Source: Bacteroidota bacterium
Lineage (GTDB): Bacteria > Bacteroidota > Bacteroidia > 2-12-FULL-35-15
DNA length: 64,000 bases
Direction of reading: 5' to 3'
Assembly: GCA_947447995.1 (NCBI GenBank)
Contig: CANFLQ010000002.1
Location: forward strand, 14,002 to 78,001
Shown here: positions 43,966-53,684 of the stretch, in pieces
Numbering within the stretch: the stretch's first letter is position 1
Layout of the letters: every line of letters begins with the position of its first letter
Position numbers and translations under genes: made by a program
Notes under the pieces: model-generated
Told to the model about the DNA's origin: nothing
The model's input: the letters and a program-made list of their open reading frames with translations, nothing else
The model's database searches: none

Positions 43966-45321
43966 TTAAACGGTTGAACTAAAAATACTTGTAAGTGGTG
44001 CATTGCGAGATAACTTAGCATCAAATGCCATACAAATATTACGAATGAACGGGCGGGCAGAATCTTTCACTTTTAAATGAAGATGAGTAAGTTCTATAAG
44101 TTGATCCTTTTCCATTTCTATTAATCGGTTAAGCGCCTCATTAATCCAAGCCAATTTTTCAGTGGGTTTATCCCATGAAGTCTGGAATTTACACATAATA
44201 TTTAAAATGTGTTTCCTTACAATTAAATCTTCTTCGTTTAGCAAATGACCTTTAAAAATTGGAATTTGTCCCTTATCAATTAAGGCGTAATACTCTTCTA
44301 CCTTTTTTACATTTTGGGCATAAGCATACCAAGTATCACTTATTGAAGATACTCCTAAGCCAATCATTAATTGAGTATAACTATGTGTATACCCCATAAA
44401 ATTTCGATGCAATTTTCCATTCTCAGCTGCTTTAAAAAGCGAATCGGATTTCAAAGAAAAATGATCCATCCCAATTTCGACATAACCATTCTGCGAAAAT
44501 AAATCCTTGCCAATTTCATATAAAGCACGTTTTTCTTCATCAACCGGCAAATCGTTTTCGGTAAATTTCCGTTGTCCGGGTTTTACCCATGGAATATGTG
44601 CATAGCTATAAAAAGCTATCCTATCAGGCTTAAGCAAATTTACTTTATTGATGGTATCTACTACGCTATTGCGAGTTTGAAGCGGTAAGCCATAAATCAA
44701 ATCGAAATTGATAGAAGTATAACCAATTTTTCTAGCTGCATCTACGACTCTTTCAACACTTTCAAAAGGCTGTATCCTATTCACAATTGCCTGCACTTTT
44801 GGGTCAAAATCCTGAATTCCTAAACTCAATCTTCTAAATCCTAATTGATATAAAGTTTCTAAATGAGCATTACTAGTATTATTGGGATGGGCTTCAAAAC
44901 TAAATTCAGCATCATCACATACCACAGCTTTAGAAGTGATACCCTCGATCAATTGTTTTAAATGAATTGGAGAAAAAAAGGTAGGCGTGCCTCCACCTAA
45001 ATGAAGTTCTTTTATCTTTGGTTTTTCACCAAACACTTCCAAATACAAATCCCACTCTTTTAACAAAGCAGTAATGTAGGGTGTTTCAACAGCATGATTC
45101 ACTGTAATGCGCGTATTGCAACCGCAGTAAGTACATAAACTTTCGCAGAATGGAAGATGAATATAAATTGAAATACCATCCGTTGCATTGGTTTCTATAA
45201 ATGATTGTTTAATACTTGCTGTCCATTGATTAATTGTTGGTGGTATTTCATTCCAATACGGCACAGTGGGATAACTCGTATATCGTGGACCTGCAACATT
45301 GTATTTTTGAATTAAACTCAT
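43966..45321 (-). CDS. hemN: Oxygen-independent coproporphyrinogen III oxidase (radical SAM HemN).
   Basis: HLPFCESLCTYCGCN (Cx3Cx2CxC). The 451-aa size fits HemN rather than HemW. Confidence 0.9.
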   Translation of the reverse strand: MSLIQKYNVAGPRYTSYPTVPYWNEIPPTINQWTASIKQSFIETNATDGISIYIHLPFCESLCTYCGCNTRITVNHAVETPYITALLKEWDLYLEVFGEKPKIKELHLGGGTPTFFSPIHLKQLIEGITSKAVVCDDAEFSFEAHPNNTSNAHLETLYQLGFRRLSLGIQDFDPKVQAIVNRIQPFESVERVVDAARKIGYTSINFDLIYGLPLQTRNSVVDTINKVNLLKPDRIAFYSYAHIPWVKPGQRKFTENDLPVDEEKRALYEIGKDLFSQNGYVEIGMDHFSLKSDSLFKAAENGKLHRNFMGYTHSYTQLMIGLGVSSISDTWYAYAQNVKKVEEYYALIDKGQIPIFKGHLLNEEDLIVRKHILNIMCKFQTSWDKPTEKLAWINEALNRLIEMEKDQLIELTHLHLKVKDSARPFIRNICMAFDAKLSRNAPLTSIFSSTV

Positions 45322-45369
45322 CTAATATTTATTATTTTCACTTTAAATAAAACAAACTATTTGTTTGAT

Positions 45370-45819
45370 TTACAATAAATTATCTTCACAAAACCATTCA
45401 GCATACGATGTTTCCGTTTCCTGCAATTTTAAACGATTCAACTCAATATCCTTTGGCAATTGCATTTTTATTTGTTGAGCTATATCTATCAACATATTTT
45501 CACAGGTAGGTTGATAATTCACTAAAACCAATTTGCTAAATAAGATGTTTCCTTCCGCTAATTTTTTGTGGGGCGATTTTGCATTCAGAATGGTAGCATG
45601 ATCCAATTGTTCTATAATAGGTTTAACAATAGCTTTTATCTCATTAAAATCCATCACCATACCTTGTTTTACATGTTTTGGATCCTTAATTGGCTGACCT
45701 TTTACTGTAACAGATAAACAATAAGAATGTCCGTGTATGTTTTTACATGGACCGTCATATCCTGAAAGCGCATGTGCCATTTCAAAATGAAATTCTTTTG
45801 TAATCCTAACATTATTCAT
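45370..45819 (-). CDS. queD: 6-carboxytetrahydropterin synthase / PTPS family (QueD-like).
   Basis: FHFEMAHAL...CKNIHGHSY (C-x3-HGH zinc motif). Confidence 0.75.
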   Translation of the reverse strand: MNNVRITKEFHFEMAHALSGYDGPCKNIHGHSYCLSVTVKGQPIKDPKHVKQGMVMDFNEIKAIVKPIIEQLDHATILNAKSPHKKLAEGNILFSKLVLVNYQPTCENMLIDIAQQIKMQLPKDIELNRLKLQETETSYAEWFCEDNLL

Positions 45820-45850
45820 AGCATTGATTTTTATAATTATTTTTTACAAA

Positions 45851-46579
45851 TCATTTATGACAACACTTGTGAACCATTGGTTTTACAGTCGACATTTCTG
45901 GACTCACATAAGGTATACCTAAATTCATACCTCTTAAAATCAATAACAAAGCTGTAGTTACAATAAATATAGGCATGGCTTTATTAACCCTACTTCTAAA
46001 TTTTAAACTAATGGCATTACCAAACACCGACAATACGAACATAGCAGGTAAAGTTCCGAAACCAAACATAGCCATGAACAAAACCCCATCTAAACTATTT
46101 CCAGTGGCAATGGCACCTGCAATGCCTAAATAAACCAATCCGCAAGGCAATAAACCATTTAAAATACCAATAGAAAACAAAGTACTCATGTTTCGTTTTT
46201 TGAACAACATACTCAAGGATTGTTTTAATTTTCCAATGCCTGAATAAATAAAGCCTGTAATCTTATATCCACTAAAAACACTGTTCGGCAATAATACCAT
46301 CAGCAATATAGCTACCCCTAAAACAATGGAAGTAAGTTGCTGATAGCCAGCAATAACTACGCTTTGCCCTACCAACCCAAAAAAGCCTCCCAAAATACCG
46401 TAAGTGAACATTCGTCCGAAATTGTATATTAGTATTCCGCTGATTTTTGTGAATGCTGATTCCTGATTTAACGGTAAAGCCAAGGCTATTGGTCCGCACA
46501 TTCCAACACAGTGGAAGCTACCAATAAAACCTAACGTTATTGCCGTTAAAATAATATTCATTGTATTATGGTATAACAA
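45851..46579 (-). CDS. TauE/SafE (DsbD_2-like) family membrane protein of the cbb3 cluster.
   Basis: Polytopic membrane protein with GSFHCVGMCGPIALAL. Overlaps fixH by 14 bp. Confidence 0.7.
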   Translation of the reverse strand: MLYHNTMNIILTAITLGFIGSFHCVGMCGPIALALPLNQESAFTKISGILIYNFGRMFTYGILGGFFGLVGQSVVIAGYQQLTSIVLGVAILLMVLLPNSVFSGYKITGFIYSGIGKLKQSLSMLFKKRNMSTLFSIGILNGLLPCGLVYLGIAGAIATGNSLDGVLFMAMFGFGTLPAMFVLSVFGNAISLKFRSRVNKAMPIFIVTTALLLILRGMNLGIPYVSPEMSTVKPMVHKCCHK

Positions 46580-47012
46580 TTACCTCTTCTGAAAAATATT
46601 TTTTTTCAGTGACTGTCCAGTTGATTTGTAATTTATACATTCCTTTATATAAATTGTTTAAAGCAATGATTTTCTGTGTATTATTATTCAAATTAATGGT
46701 CGATTTAAAATCTTTAGATTTATCGGAAGGTCTAAAAAAATAGATTTCTCCTTGCACTTTTTGACCTTTAAACAGACTAGGAAATTGCAACTGAATTTCC
46801 GATGCTGAAATTGTGTGGGTGATTTTTTCGGATAAGGCATTGGCATTATTCATTTCATTTATCTTATCCTGAAATGCAAGTTCTCGTTCATAATAATCGT
46901 CGCTTACCAAATCAACTTGCTGATTAACACAAACATATACCATAACACCTATCATTAATACGAATGAACTATACAATACGGCAATTTTTGTACCCCAGCT
47001 TATGTTTATCAT
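46566..47012 (-). CDS. FixH/CcoH-family protein.
   Basis: Single N-terminal TM segment plus a periplasmic domain. Sits between ccoG and the TauE-like gene, as in cbb3 assembly clusters. Confidence 0.65.
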   Translation of the reverse strand: MINISWGTKIAVLYSSFVLMIGVMVYVCVNQQVDLVSDDYYERELAFQDKINEMNNANALSEKITHTISASEIQLQFPSLFKGQKVQGEIYFFRPSDKSKDFKSTINLNNNTQKIIALNNLYKGMYKLQINWTVTEKKYFSEEVIVIP

Positions 47013-47045
47013 AACTACAACATTTAATATTAAAACTCCTTATTC

Positions 47046-48467
47046 CTATTTTTTGGGGACCACACCTAAAAAATTGGTTTGAACGGTTTCTATTTTTTTT
47101 CCTTTAGTATACACCCCAATAGTCAGTTTTGTTTTTCTGTTTTTTATATCCTTTTTATTCAGGATGATAAAAAACTCGCCGCTTGCTACGTTTTCTTTTC
47201 CTACTTGAATTACATTTCTACCAATCATTTTAATTTTACCGGAACCAGATTCTAGGGTGAGAACTATAGGTAAATCTTTTCTTGTTTTATTTACCAGTTT
47301 AATGTTATATAAATTACTTAAACAATTATCAGGTTGTTCTTGATATAACATTCCTGGAGTCCTTAAAATACTGGTTTCCACATCTGTTCTGCTTACCAAT
47401 ACGGTTATCAAAACTCCAATTAATAAAGTAAGAACTATTGAATATGAAATAATACGGGGCGTAATTTTTAATTTTGTTTTGTTGGCAATACCATTCTCCG
47501 AATCGTAACGTATCAATCCTTTCTTTTTACCAACACTTTCCATCATGTGGTCACAAACATCGATACAAGCGGTGCAATTAACACACTCCAACTGAGTACC
47601 GTTGCGGATATCGATTCCTGTAGGACAAACTTTTACACATTGAAAACAATCGATACAATCCCCTTTTGTTACTTCTTGTTTTTTTGAATATTTTGCTCTT
47701 GGCTCACCACGTAGATAATCGTAGGCAACCAAAATTGAATTTTTATCCAACAAAACACCTTGTAATCTACCATAAGGACAAACAACTATACAAGCCTGTT
47801 CTCTGAACCAATAAAAAACGCCAAAAAATATCCCGGTAAAAATCAATAAGGAAATTAAAGTACTGATATTGTTAGCGATAGGTTCAACTATCATTTTTTC
47901 TAATTCATCAATACCTATAATATATGCTAAAAAGGTATTTGCCACCGCAAATGAAACGGCAAAAAATACGGCAATTTTTGAACCTCTTTTTCTTATTTTT
48001 TCAGCATTCCAAGGTAATTTATCTAATGCTTTTTGGTGAGTCGCATCTCCCTCTATCCAATATTCAATTTTACGGAATACCATTTCCATTAATACTGTTT
48101 GAGGACAAGCCCAACCGCAAAACACCCTACCAAATACAACCGTAAAAAGAACGATAAACACAATAAATGTTAGCATCCCCAACACAAATAAGAACAAATC
48201 CTGAGGCCAAAACACCACGCCAAACAAAATAAATTTTCGTTCAATCAGGTTGAGCAAAAAAGGAGGCTCACCGTGTATTTTCATAAACGGTAAGAAAAAA
48301 AATATGGCTAAGTAAACAATACTTAATACCGTTCTTTTATTATACAGCTTTCCTTTTGGCTTTTGCGCAAATATCCAAACTCGTTTTCCGTCTTTTACGG
48401 TTGCTATCGTATCACGAAACGATCCACTCTCCAACTCTCCATCTTTTTCCATAAAACTATTTTGCAA
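47046..48467 (-). CDS. ccoG: cbb3 oxidase accessory protein CcoG/FixG (4Fe-4S ferredoxin-type).
   Basis: TM segments plus CIDCFQCVKVCPTGIDIRNG...CVNCTACIDVCD, a double ferredoxin Cys motif. Confidence 0.85.
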   Translation of the reverse strand: MQNSFMEKDGELESGSFRDTIATVKDGKRVWIFAQKPKGKLYNKRTVLSIVYLAIFFFLPFMKIHGEPPFLLNLIERKFILFGVVFWPQDLFLFVLGMLTFIVFIVLFTVVFGRVFCGWACPQTVLMEMVFRKIEYWIEGDATHQKALDKLPWNAEKIRKRGSKIAVFFAVSFAVANTFLAYIIGIDELEKMIVEPIANNISTLISLLIFTGIFFGVFYWFREQACIVVCPYGRLQGVLLDKNSILVAYDYLRGEPRAKYSKKQEVTKGDCIDCFQCVKVCPTGIDIRNGTQLECVNCTACIDVCDHMMESVGKKKGLIRYDSENGIANKTKLKITPRIISYSIVLTLLIGVLITVLVSRTDVETSILRTPGMLYQEQPDNCLSNLYNIKLVNKTRKDLPIVLTLESGSGKIKMIGRNVIQVGKENVASGEFFIILNKKDIKNRKTKLTIGVYTKGKKIETVQTNFLGVVPKK

Positions 48468-49641
48468 CCACCTTTAAGCTATCCACCATTGGAGCAATGG
48501 CGGTACTATCTGTTTTTAATGAATCTGAAACAATTGCAGATTCAGAATAAAGTTCACCTTGAGGAGCTTTTGCGTTAACCGGATTGCTTCCTTTCAACGT
48601 TTTAATATAAGAAGCCAGTTGATGAATTTGTACAGGAGAAAAATCGGCCTGCCATGCTTTCATCCCCTTATCGGACCAACCATATTTAATTGAAGTAAAT
48701 ACATCTTTTATACTTCCTCCGTGCAACCAATACTCATCCGTTAAATTAGGACCTACTCCACCTTCGCCTAATTTACCATGGCAAGCAAAACAATTTTCTT
48801 TATAAATTGCCTCACCTTTAGTAATTTCGGCTTGGTCGGTTAACATGGTTACTGAATTTTCATTCACATTGTTAGCATTCTTTTTTTGATATTCTTCCTT
48901 TGCAATAGAGGCTGCAACAATTGATCTGTTGTATTCATCGGCTTGTAACATTTCTTTGCCAATAACATGATGGTCTAATAAATAAACAACTGCAAAAACA
49001 ATGGTCAAATAAAATCCATATTTCCACCACGGTGGCAAATCATTATCCAACTCTCTGATACCATCATAATTATGATCAAGCATAATATCACTTTCTTTTT
49101 CTATTGCAACTGAGGCGTTCATTATTTCAAAAAATGAAGGTTCCTCAACCTTTATTTCAATTTCTTTTTTGGTAAATAACTTAATACAACTTATAAGGAT
49201 GCCAATAATTAAAACTTCAAAACCAATCAGTAACAACATTAAATAAAGCAATCCGTCAGGCAAGTTTATACTATTTGTAACAGTATTTGAATCAACTGTT
49301 TGTGAAAATAATTGCTGCCCCGAAGAAACAAATATTATAAATGCTATTACCCCTATCATTTTACCGGAATTATCTTTACTTTTTTCATTTCCAATAGCGG
49401 CAACATTTTTTAATACACCTCCTAAAACAGCTATTACAATTATCAACATAACAATAACACCTAACAACACATTAAATAATGGAATTGAAAAAAGTGACAA
49501 TGAATTAATCGTTTCAACTGTTTCAGAGTTTTGAGCCATAGAACTATAACCAATCAAGATTGCTAATCCTGTTAATACATATTTAGAATAATCTCTTTTA
49601 AATGACTCTAAACGTGGAAATATATTTTTTTTCATATTCAT
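48457..49641 (-). CDS. ccoP: cbb3-type cytochrome c oxidase subunit CcoP (FixP).
   Basis: N-terminal membrane region and a C-terminal cytochrome c domain with CFACHG. Overlaps ccoG by 11 bp. Confidence 0.8.
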   Translation of the reverse strand: MNMKKNIFPRLESFKRDYSKYVLTGLAILIGYSSMAQNSETVETINSLSLFSIPLFNVLLGVIVMLIIVIAVLGGVLKNVAAIGNEKSKDNSGKMIGVIAFIIFVSSGQQLFSQTVDSNTVTNSINLPDGLLYLMLLLIGFEVLIIGILISCIKLFTKKEIEIKVEEPSFFEIMNASVAIEKESDIMLDHNYDGIRELDNDLPPWWKYGFYLTIVFAVVYLLDHHVIGKEMLQADEYNRSIVAASIAKEEYQKKNANNVNENSVTMLTDQAEITKGEAIYKENCFACHGKLGEGGVGPNLTDEYWLHGGSIKDVFTSIKYGWSDKGMKAWQADFSPVQIHQLASYIKTLKGSNPVNAKAPQGELYSESAIVSDSLKTDSTAIAPMVDSLKVVAK

Positions 49642-49726
49642 ATAATTTATATTTTTTATTGCCCATCTTGATCCGTCAGACTTTTCAATTTTATAATACT
49701 AACTCAAAAAACGGACAGACAACTGA

Positions 49727-49885
49727 TTAGTTAAGAGGAATGTTCTTCATTTCTGCAATTTTCTCCTTTTTTACCGTAACTGCCCATAAAATAAGTACAA
49801 GGAAGAAAACAAAGAAGATACCTAAAGAAATCATCGGATAGATTGATATCCCTGATATTGTTTCCAAATAATGTTTAAATTTCAT
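49727..49885 (-). CDS. ccoQ: Small membrane protein, CcoQ-like (52 aa). Below the ORF-track cutoff.
   Basis: The reverse-complement ORF reads MKFKHYLETISGISIYPMISLGIFFVFFLVLILWAVTVKKEKIAEMKNIPLN. Its stop is 12 bp after the ccoNO stop. Confidence 0.5.
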   Translation of the reverse strand: MKFKHYLETISGISIYPMISLGIFFVFFLVLILWAVTVKKEKIAEMKNIPLN

Positions 49886-49896
49886 ATCTATATATT

Positions 49897-52029
49897 TTAT
49901 TTTTTAGTAGTAAAAACTTGATTATTCGCTTTAATGTCTTTTCCTAATCGTTGTAAATAAGCTATTACCGCAATAATTTCTTTGTCGCTAGTAGTTTCTA
50001 TTCCATCTTTTTTTAGTCCGGCAGTTATCAAATCGGCTTGAACCATTAATGCTTTATTTGCAATTTTATCATACCCTTGCGGATAAGGAACACCTAATGT
50101 TATCATTGCTCTAATTTTAGGAGCTGTGCTAGATGTATCTAAATTATCATCCAACATGAATTGATATGCAGGCATAATGGAACCAGGCGACATAGTACTT
50201 GGATCTAACATGTGATTGTAATGCCATGAATCGGGATATTTTCCACCTTCTCGTGCTAAATCGGGACCGGTGCGTTTTGAACCCCACAAAAACGGATGGT
50301 CATATACAAACTCCCCTGCTTTAGAATATTCGCCATAACGCTCTGTATCAAAACGTAATGGGCGAATCATTTGAGAATGACAAGTTGAGCAACCCTCACG
50401 GATATAAATATCACGCCCTTGTAACTCGAGCGGTGTATATGGTTTTACACTTGCAATAGTCGGGATATTTGATTTTATCATAAAGGTTGGAATCATTTCA
50501 ATAGCTCCTCCTATCAAAACAACAACTAAACTAAATACCATCAATTGGATAGGTTTACGTTCAATCCAACGGTGCCAGTGTTCTCCTTCATGGCTACCTT
50601 CTATTTTTGAAAGAGCGGGAGCTTGTGCATCTTCATTTTCCAATAAATTACCTTGTTTAATTGTTTTTATCATATTGTAAATCATGATGATAAAGCCAAA
50701 TAAATACATGGCTCCACCGATTGATCTCATAATATACATCGATCTAAGCTGAGTTACTGTTTCAAGAAAATTTGGATATTTTAAGAAACCCTCAGGAGTA
50801 AATTGTTGCCACATAAAGTATTGGGTAAAACCCGCCCAATATAAAGGAATTGCATAAAACAAAATACCTAATGAACCCAACCAAAAATGCCAGTTGGCTA
50901 ATTTTTTAGAATATAAATCTGTTTGATAAATTCTTGGAATCAACCAATATAAGATACCAAAAGTTAAGAAGCCGTTCCAACCTAAAGCACCAATATGAAC
51001 GTGAGCTACTATCCAATCTGTAAAGTGAGCAATGGCATTTACTTTTTTCAATGAAAGCATAGGACCTTCAAAAGTTGCCATACCATAAGCTGTGATAGCT
51101 ACCACCATAAATTTCAACACAACACTTTCACGTACCTTATCCCATGCCCCTCTAAGTGTTAATAAGCCATTAATCATCCCACCCCAAGATGGGGCAATCA
51201 ACATGATTGAAAATACAACACCTAATGATTGAGCCCAATCTGGTAATGCAGTATATAATAAATGGTGAGGACCAGCCCAAATGTATAGAAATATTAGAGC
51301 CCAAAAATGGATAATGGATAACCTGTATGAATAAACCGGACGTTCGGCAGCTTTAGGAATAAAATAATACATCAAACCTAAATAAGGGGTTGTTAAGAAA
51401 AACGCCACCGCATTGTGCCCATACCACCATTGCACCAATGCATCCTGAACACCGGCATATACAGGGTAACTTTTAAAAAGTGATACAGGGATTTCAACAG
51501 AATTAACAACATGAAGAACTGTAACGGTTACAAATGTTGCAATGTAAAACCAAATAGCTACATATAAATGACGCTCTCTTCGTTTTAAAATAGTTCCAAA
51601 CATATTCCAACCGAATATCAACCAAGTTATAGCAATAGCAACATCTATTGGCCATTCTAACTCGGCATATTCTTTACCTGTAGTTAAACCCAGAGGTAAA
51701 GAAAGCGCACCGGCAATAATTATTAACTGCCATAACCAAAAGTGAACTTTGCTTAAAGTGTCGTTATACATACGTGCTTTACACAAACGCTGAAGGGAAT
51801 AATAAACTCCCATAAAAATACCATTCCCAACAAATGCGAAAGCTACGGCATTGGTATGTACGGGACGAATACGACCGAAGGAAGCTATAGGAATAAAATT
51901 TAAAGCAGGGAAAATCAATTCTAATGCAATGTATAAACCAACGGTCATCCCTGCCAAGCCCCAAATAATTGTAGCAATTGCAAACTGTTTAACAATTTTG
52001 TTGTCGTACGAAAACTTTTCTAATTCCAT
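49897..52029 (-). CDS. ccoN: cbb3-type cytochrome c oxidase, fused subunits CcoN and CcoO.
   Basis: Heme-copper oxidase subunit I membrane domain with His ligands. C-terminal mono-haem CcoO domain with CSTCH. 710 aa. Confidence 0.95.
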   Translation of the reverse strand: MELEKFSYDNKIVKQFAIATIIWGLAGMTVGLYIALELIFPALNFIPIASFGRIRPVHTNAVAFAFVGNGIFMGVYYSLQRLCKARMYNDTLSKVHFWLWQLIIIAGALSLPLGLTTGKEYAELEWPIDVAIAITWLIFGWNMFGTILKRRERHLYVAIWFYIATFVTVTVLHVVNSVEIPVSLFKSYPVYAGVQDALVQWWYGHNAVAFFLTTPYLGLMYYFIPKAAERPVYSYRLSIIHFWALIFLYIWAGPHHLLYTALPDWAQSLGVVFSIMLIAPSWGGMINGLLTLRGAWDKVRESVVLKFMVVAITAYGMATFEGPMLSLKKVNAIAHFTDWIVAHVHIGALGWNGFLTFGILYWLIPRIYQTDLYSKKLANWHFWLGSLGILFYAIPLYWAGFTQYFMWQQFTPEGFLKYPNFLETVTQLRSMYIMRSIGGAMYLFGFIIMIYNMIKTIKQGNLLENEDAQAPALSKIEGSHEGEHWHRWIERKPIQLMVFSLVVVLIGGAIEMIPTFMIKSNIPTIASVKPYTPLELQGRDIYIREGCSTCHSQMIRPLRFDTERYGEYSKAGEFVYDHPFLWGSKRTGPDLAREGGKYPDSWHYNHMLDPSTMSPGSIMPAYQFMLDDNLDTSSTAPKIRAMITLGVPYPQGYDKIANKALMVQADLITAGLKKDGIETTSDKEIIAVIAYLQRLGKDIKANNQVFTTKK

Positions 52030-52080
52030 AAGGTTTTACTATTTGAGATTTTTGATTTACTTTTTACCCTTTTACTTATC

Positions 52081-52239
52081 TTATTTTTTCTTTTTCACCA
52101 CTTCATCATCAAATAACATACGAACCGATGGCGTATAATCATCATCGAATTGCCCATTTTTAACACTCCAAATAAATGCTATCAAAAAACCTAAGGCGGT
52201 TATAACACTGGCTCCTATAAGTACAAACAATACGCTCAT
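52081..52239 (-). CDS. ccoS: CcoS/FixS-like cbb3 maturation protein (52 aa). Below the ORF-track cutoff.
   Basis: The reverse-complement ORF reads MSVLFVLIGASVITALGFLIAFIWSVKNGQFDDDYTPSVRMLFDDEVVKKKK. The FDD motif is typical of CcoS. Confidence 0.65.
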   Translation of the reverse strand: MSVLFVLIGASVITALGFLIAFIWSVKNGQFDDDYTPSVRMLFDDEVVKKKK

Positions 52240-52296
52240 TGAGTAGGGTTATTAAAATTTCGCAACAAAGTTATTGGTCAGGTTGGGGATAATTTA

Positions 52297-52333
52297 TGAC
52301 GCTCGTCAGTTTAAGAATATGATACAAATCATA
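52297..52333. promoter_or_regulatory. Two Crp/FNR-like palindromes in the ccoS-ccoNO / histidine-kinase divergent region: TGACG-ct-CGTCA and TATGAT-acaa-ATCATA.
   Basis: Read directly from sequence at 52297-52308 and 52318-52333. A candidate -7 box for the minus strand (CAAAGTTA, i.e. TAACTTTG) is at 52266-52273. Confidence 0.45.
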
Positions 52334-52440
52334 CTTTTTTAAAACAGTTCGGGCTATTTTTACTTTTCATATAATTTTATATCGAGCTATTTATTAACTT
52401 TAAGCCAGCAAATTTTAATTTTAAAAGGGAAACCAGTAAA

Positions 52441-53673
52441 ATGAATAGCAAAGAGGGGTTTCAGGCATTATTTGAGTTTGCAACAGAAGGCATTATTGTT
52501 TCAGATTCTAAAGGAGTAATTATTAAAGTAAACCCTGCTGCCGAAAAATTATTTGGTTATGAACATAATGAGTTAATTGGCAAAACAATTGAAACTCTTA
52601 TTCCTCAAAAATTTGCTCATCATCATAAAGGCATCCGCGAAAATTATTTAAAGCACCCAAAACCTAGATCCATGGGCTTAGGGATGGATCTTTTTGCCAA
52701 AAGAAAAGATGATTCTGAGTTTCAAGTTGAAATTAGCCTAAGTTCTTTTGATACCAGTGAAGGGAAATTTGCAATTGCTTTTATTATTGATATTACCGTT
52801 AGAAAACAACAAGGTGATATTTTAAAGAAAACCAATAACGATTTACATGAGCTTTCAGAAAAATTAAAAAATGCAAATCTTGAACTAGAAAAACGAGTTG
52901 AAGACAGAACACTTATGCTGCGTGAAGCCATTTTTGAATTAGAACAAAACAAAAAAGAAATAAGCATCGCTTTGGCTAAGGAAAAGGAACTAAATGATTT
53001 AAAGAGCAGATTTGTTTCTATGGCATCCCATGAATTTCGTACACCTTTGAGTACAATATTATCCTCTGTTGCACTTATTGCAAAATACAATACAGAGGAA
53101 ACGGAAGATAAACGACAAAAACACATTACTCGAGTAAAGTCCTCTGTAAACCATTTAACCGAGATTCTTAACGACTTATTATCATTAAGCAAACTAGAAG
53201 AAGGTATGTTGATTTGTAATCCTGTTGTATTTGACATAGTTGATTTTTCAAAAGATATTGTTCAGGATATGCAAGCGCTTTCAAAAGAAGGACAAACAAT
53301 TGTTTATGAGCATATTGGAGATGATAAAATAGTGAATTTAGATATTAAATTCTTGAAAAATATTTTTATCAATTTATTATCCAATGCCATTAAATTTTCA
53401 CCTGAATATCATCAAATTGATTTAAAAACTGAAACCTCAAAAAATGAAATAACAATAACAATAAAAGATTCAGGAATAGGAATTGAAAAAGAAGATCAAA
53501 AAAGGTTATTTGAACGCTTTTTCCGCGGACAAAATGCAACAAACATTCAAGGAACCGGATTGGGATTAAACATTGTTACCAAATATATTGAAATGATGAA
53601 AGGAACAATTGGTTTTGAAAGTGAAGTTGGAAAAGGAACAACCTTTATTATTAAACTTCCATTAATTGGTTAA
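52441..53673 (+). CDS. PAS-domain sensor histidine kinase; the PAS domain is FixL-like and possibly haem-binding.
   Basis: N-terminal PAS, coiled-coil, HisKA motif SHEFRTPL, and HATPase_c (N box NLLSNAIKFS, G boxes DSGIGI and GTGLGL). The stretch IPQKFAHHHKGIRENY...GLGMDLFAKRKDDSEF aligns without gaps to the FixL haem-PAS proximal-His region as I recall it. Confidence 0.85.
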   Translation: MNSKEGFQALFEFATEGIIVSDSKGVIIKVNPAAEKLFGYEHNELIGKTIETLIPQKFAHHHKGIRENYLKHPKPRSMGLGMDLFAKRKDDSEFQVEISLSSFDTSEGKFAIAFIIDITVRKQQGDILKKTNNDLHELSEKLKNANLELEKRVEDRTLMLREAIFELEQNKKEISIALAKEKELNDLKSRFVSMASHEFRTPLSTILSSVALIAKYNTEETEDKRQKHITRVKSSVNHLTEILNDLLSLSKLEEGMLICNPVVFDIVDFSKDIVQDMQALSKEGQTIVYEHIGDDKIVNLDIKFLKNIFINLLSNAIKFSPEYHQIDLKTETSKNEITITIKDSGIGIEKEDQKRLFERFFRGQNATNIQGTGLGLNIVTKYIEMMKGTIGFESEVGKGTTFIIKLPLIG

Positions 53674-53684
53674 CTATTTATACG

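Noticed and set aside
45322-45369. FNR half-site-like TTGAT and a small inverted repeat (AAACAAA/TTTGTTT) upstream of hemN.
   Set aside because: Only one good half-site. The 48-bp gap suggests hemN is co-transcribed with the upstream queD-like gene, so this is too weak to call.
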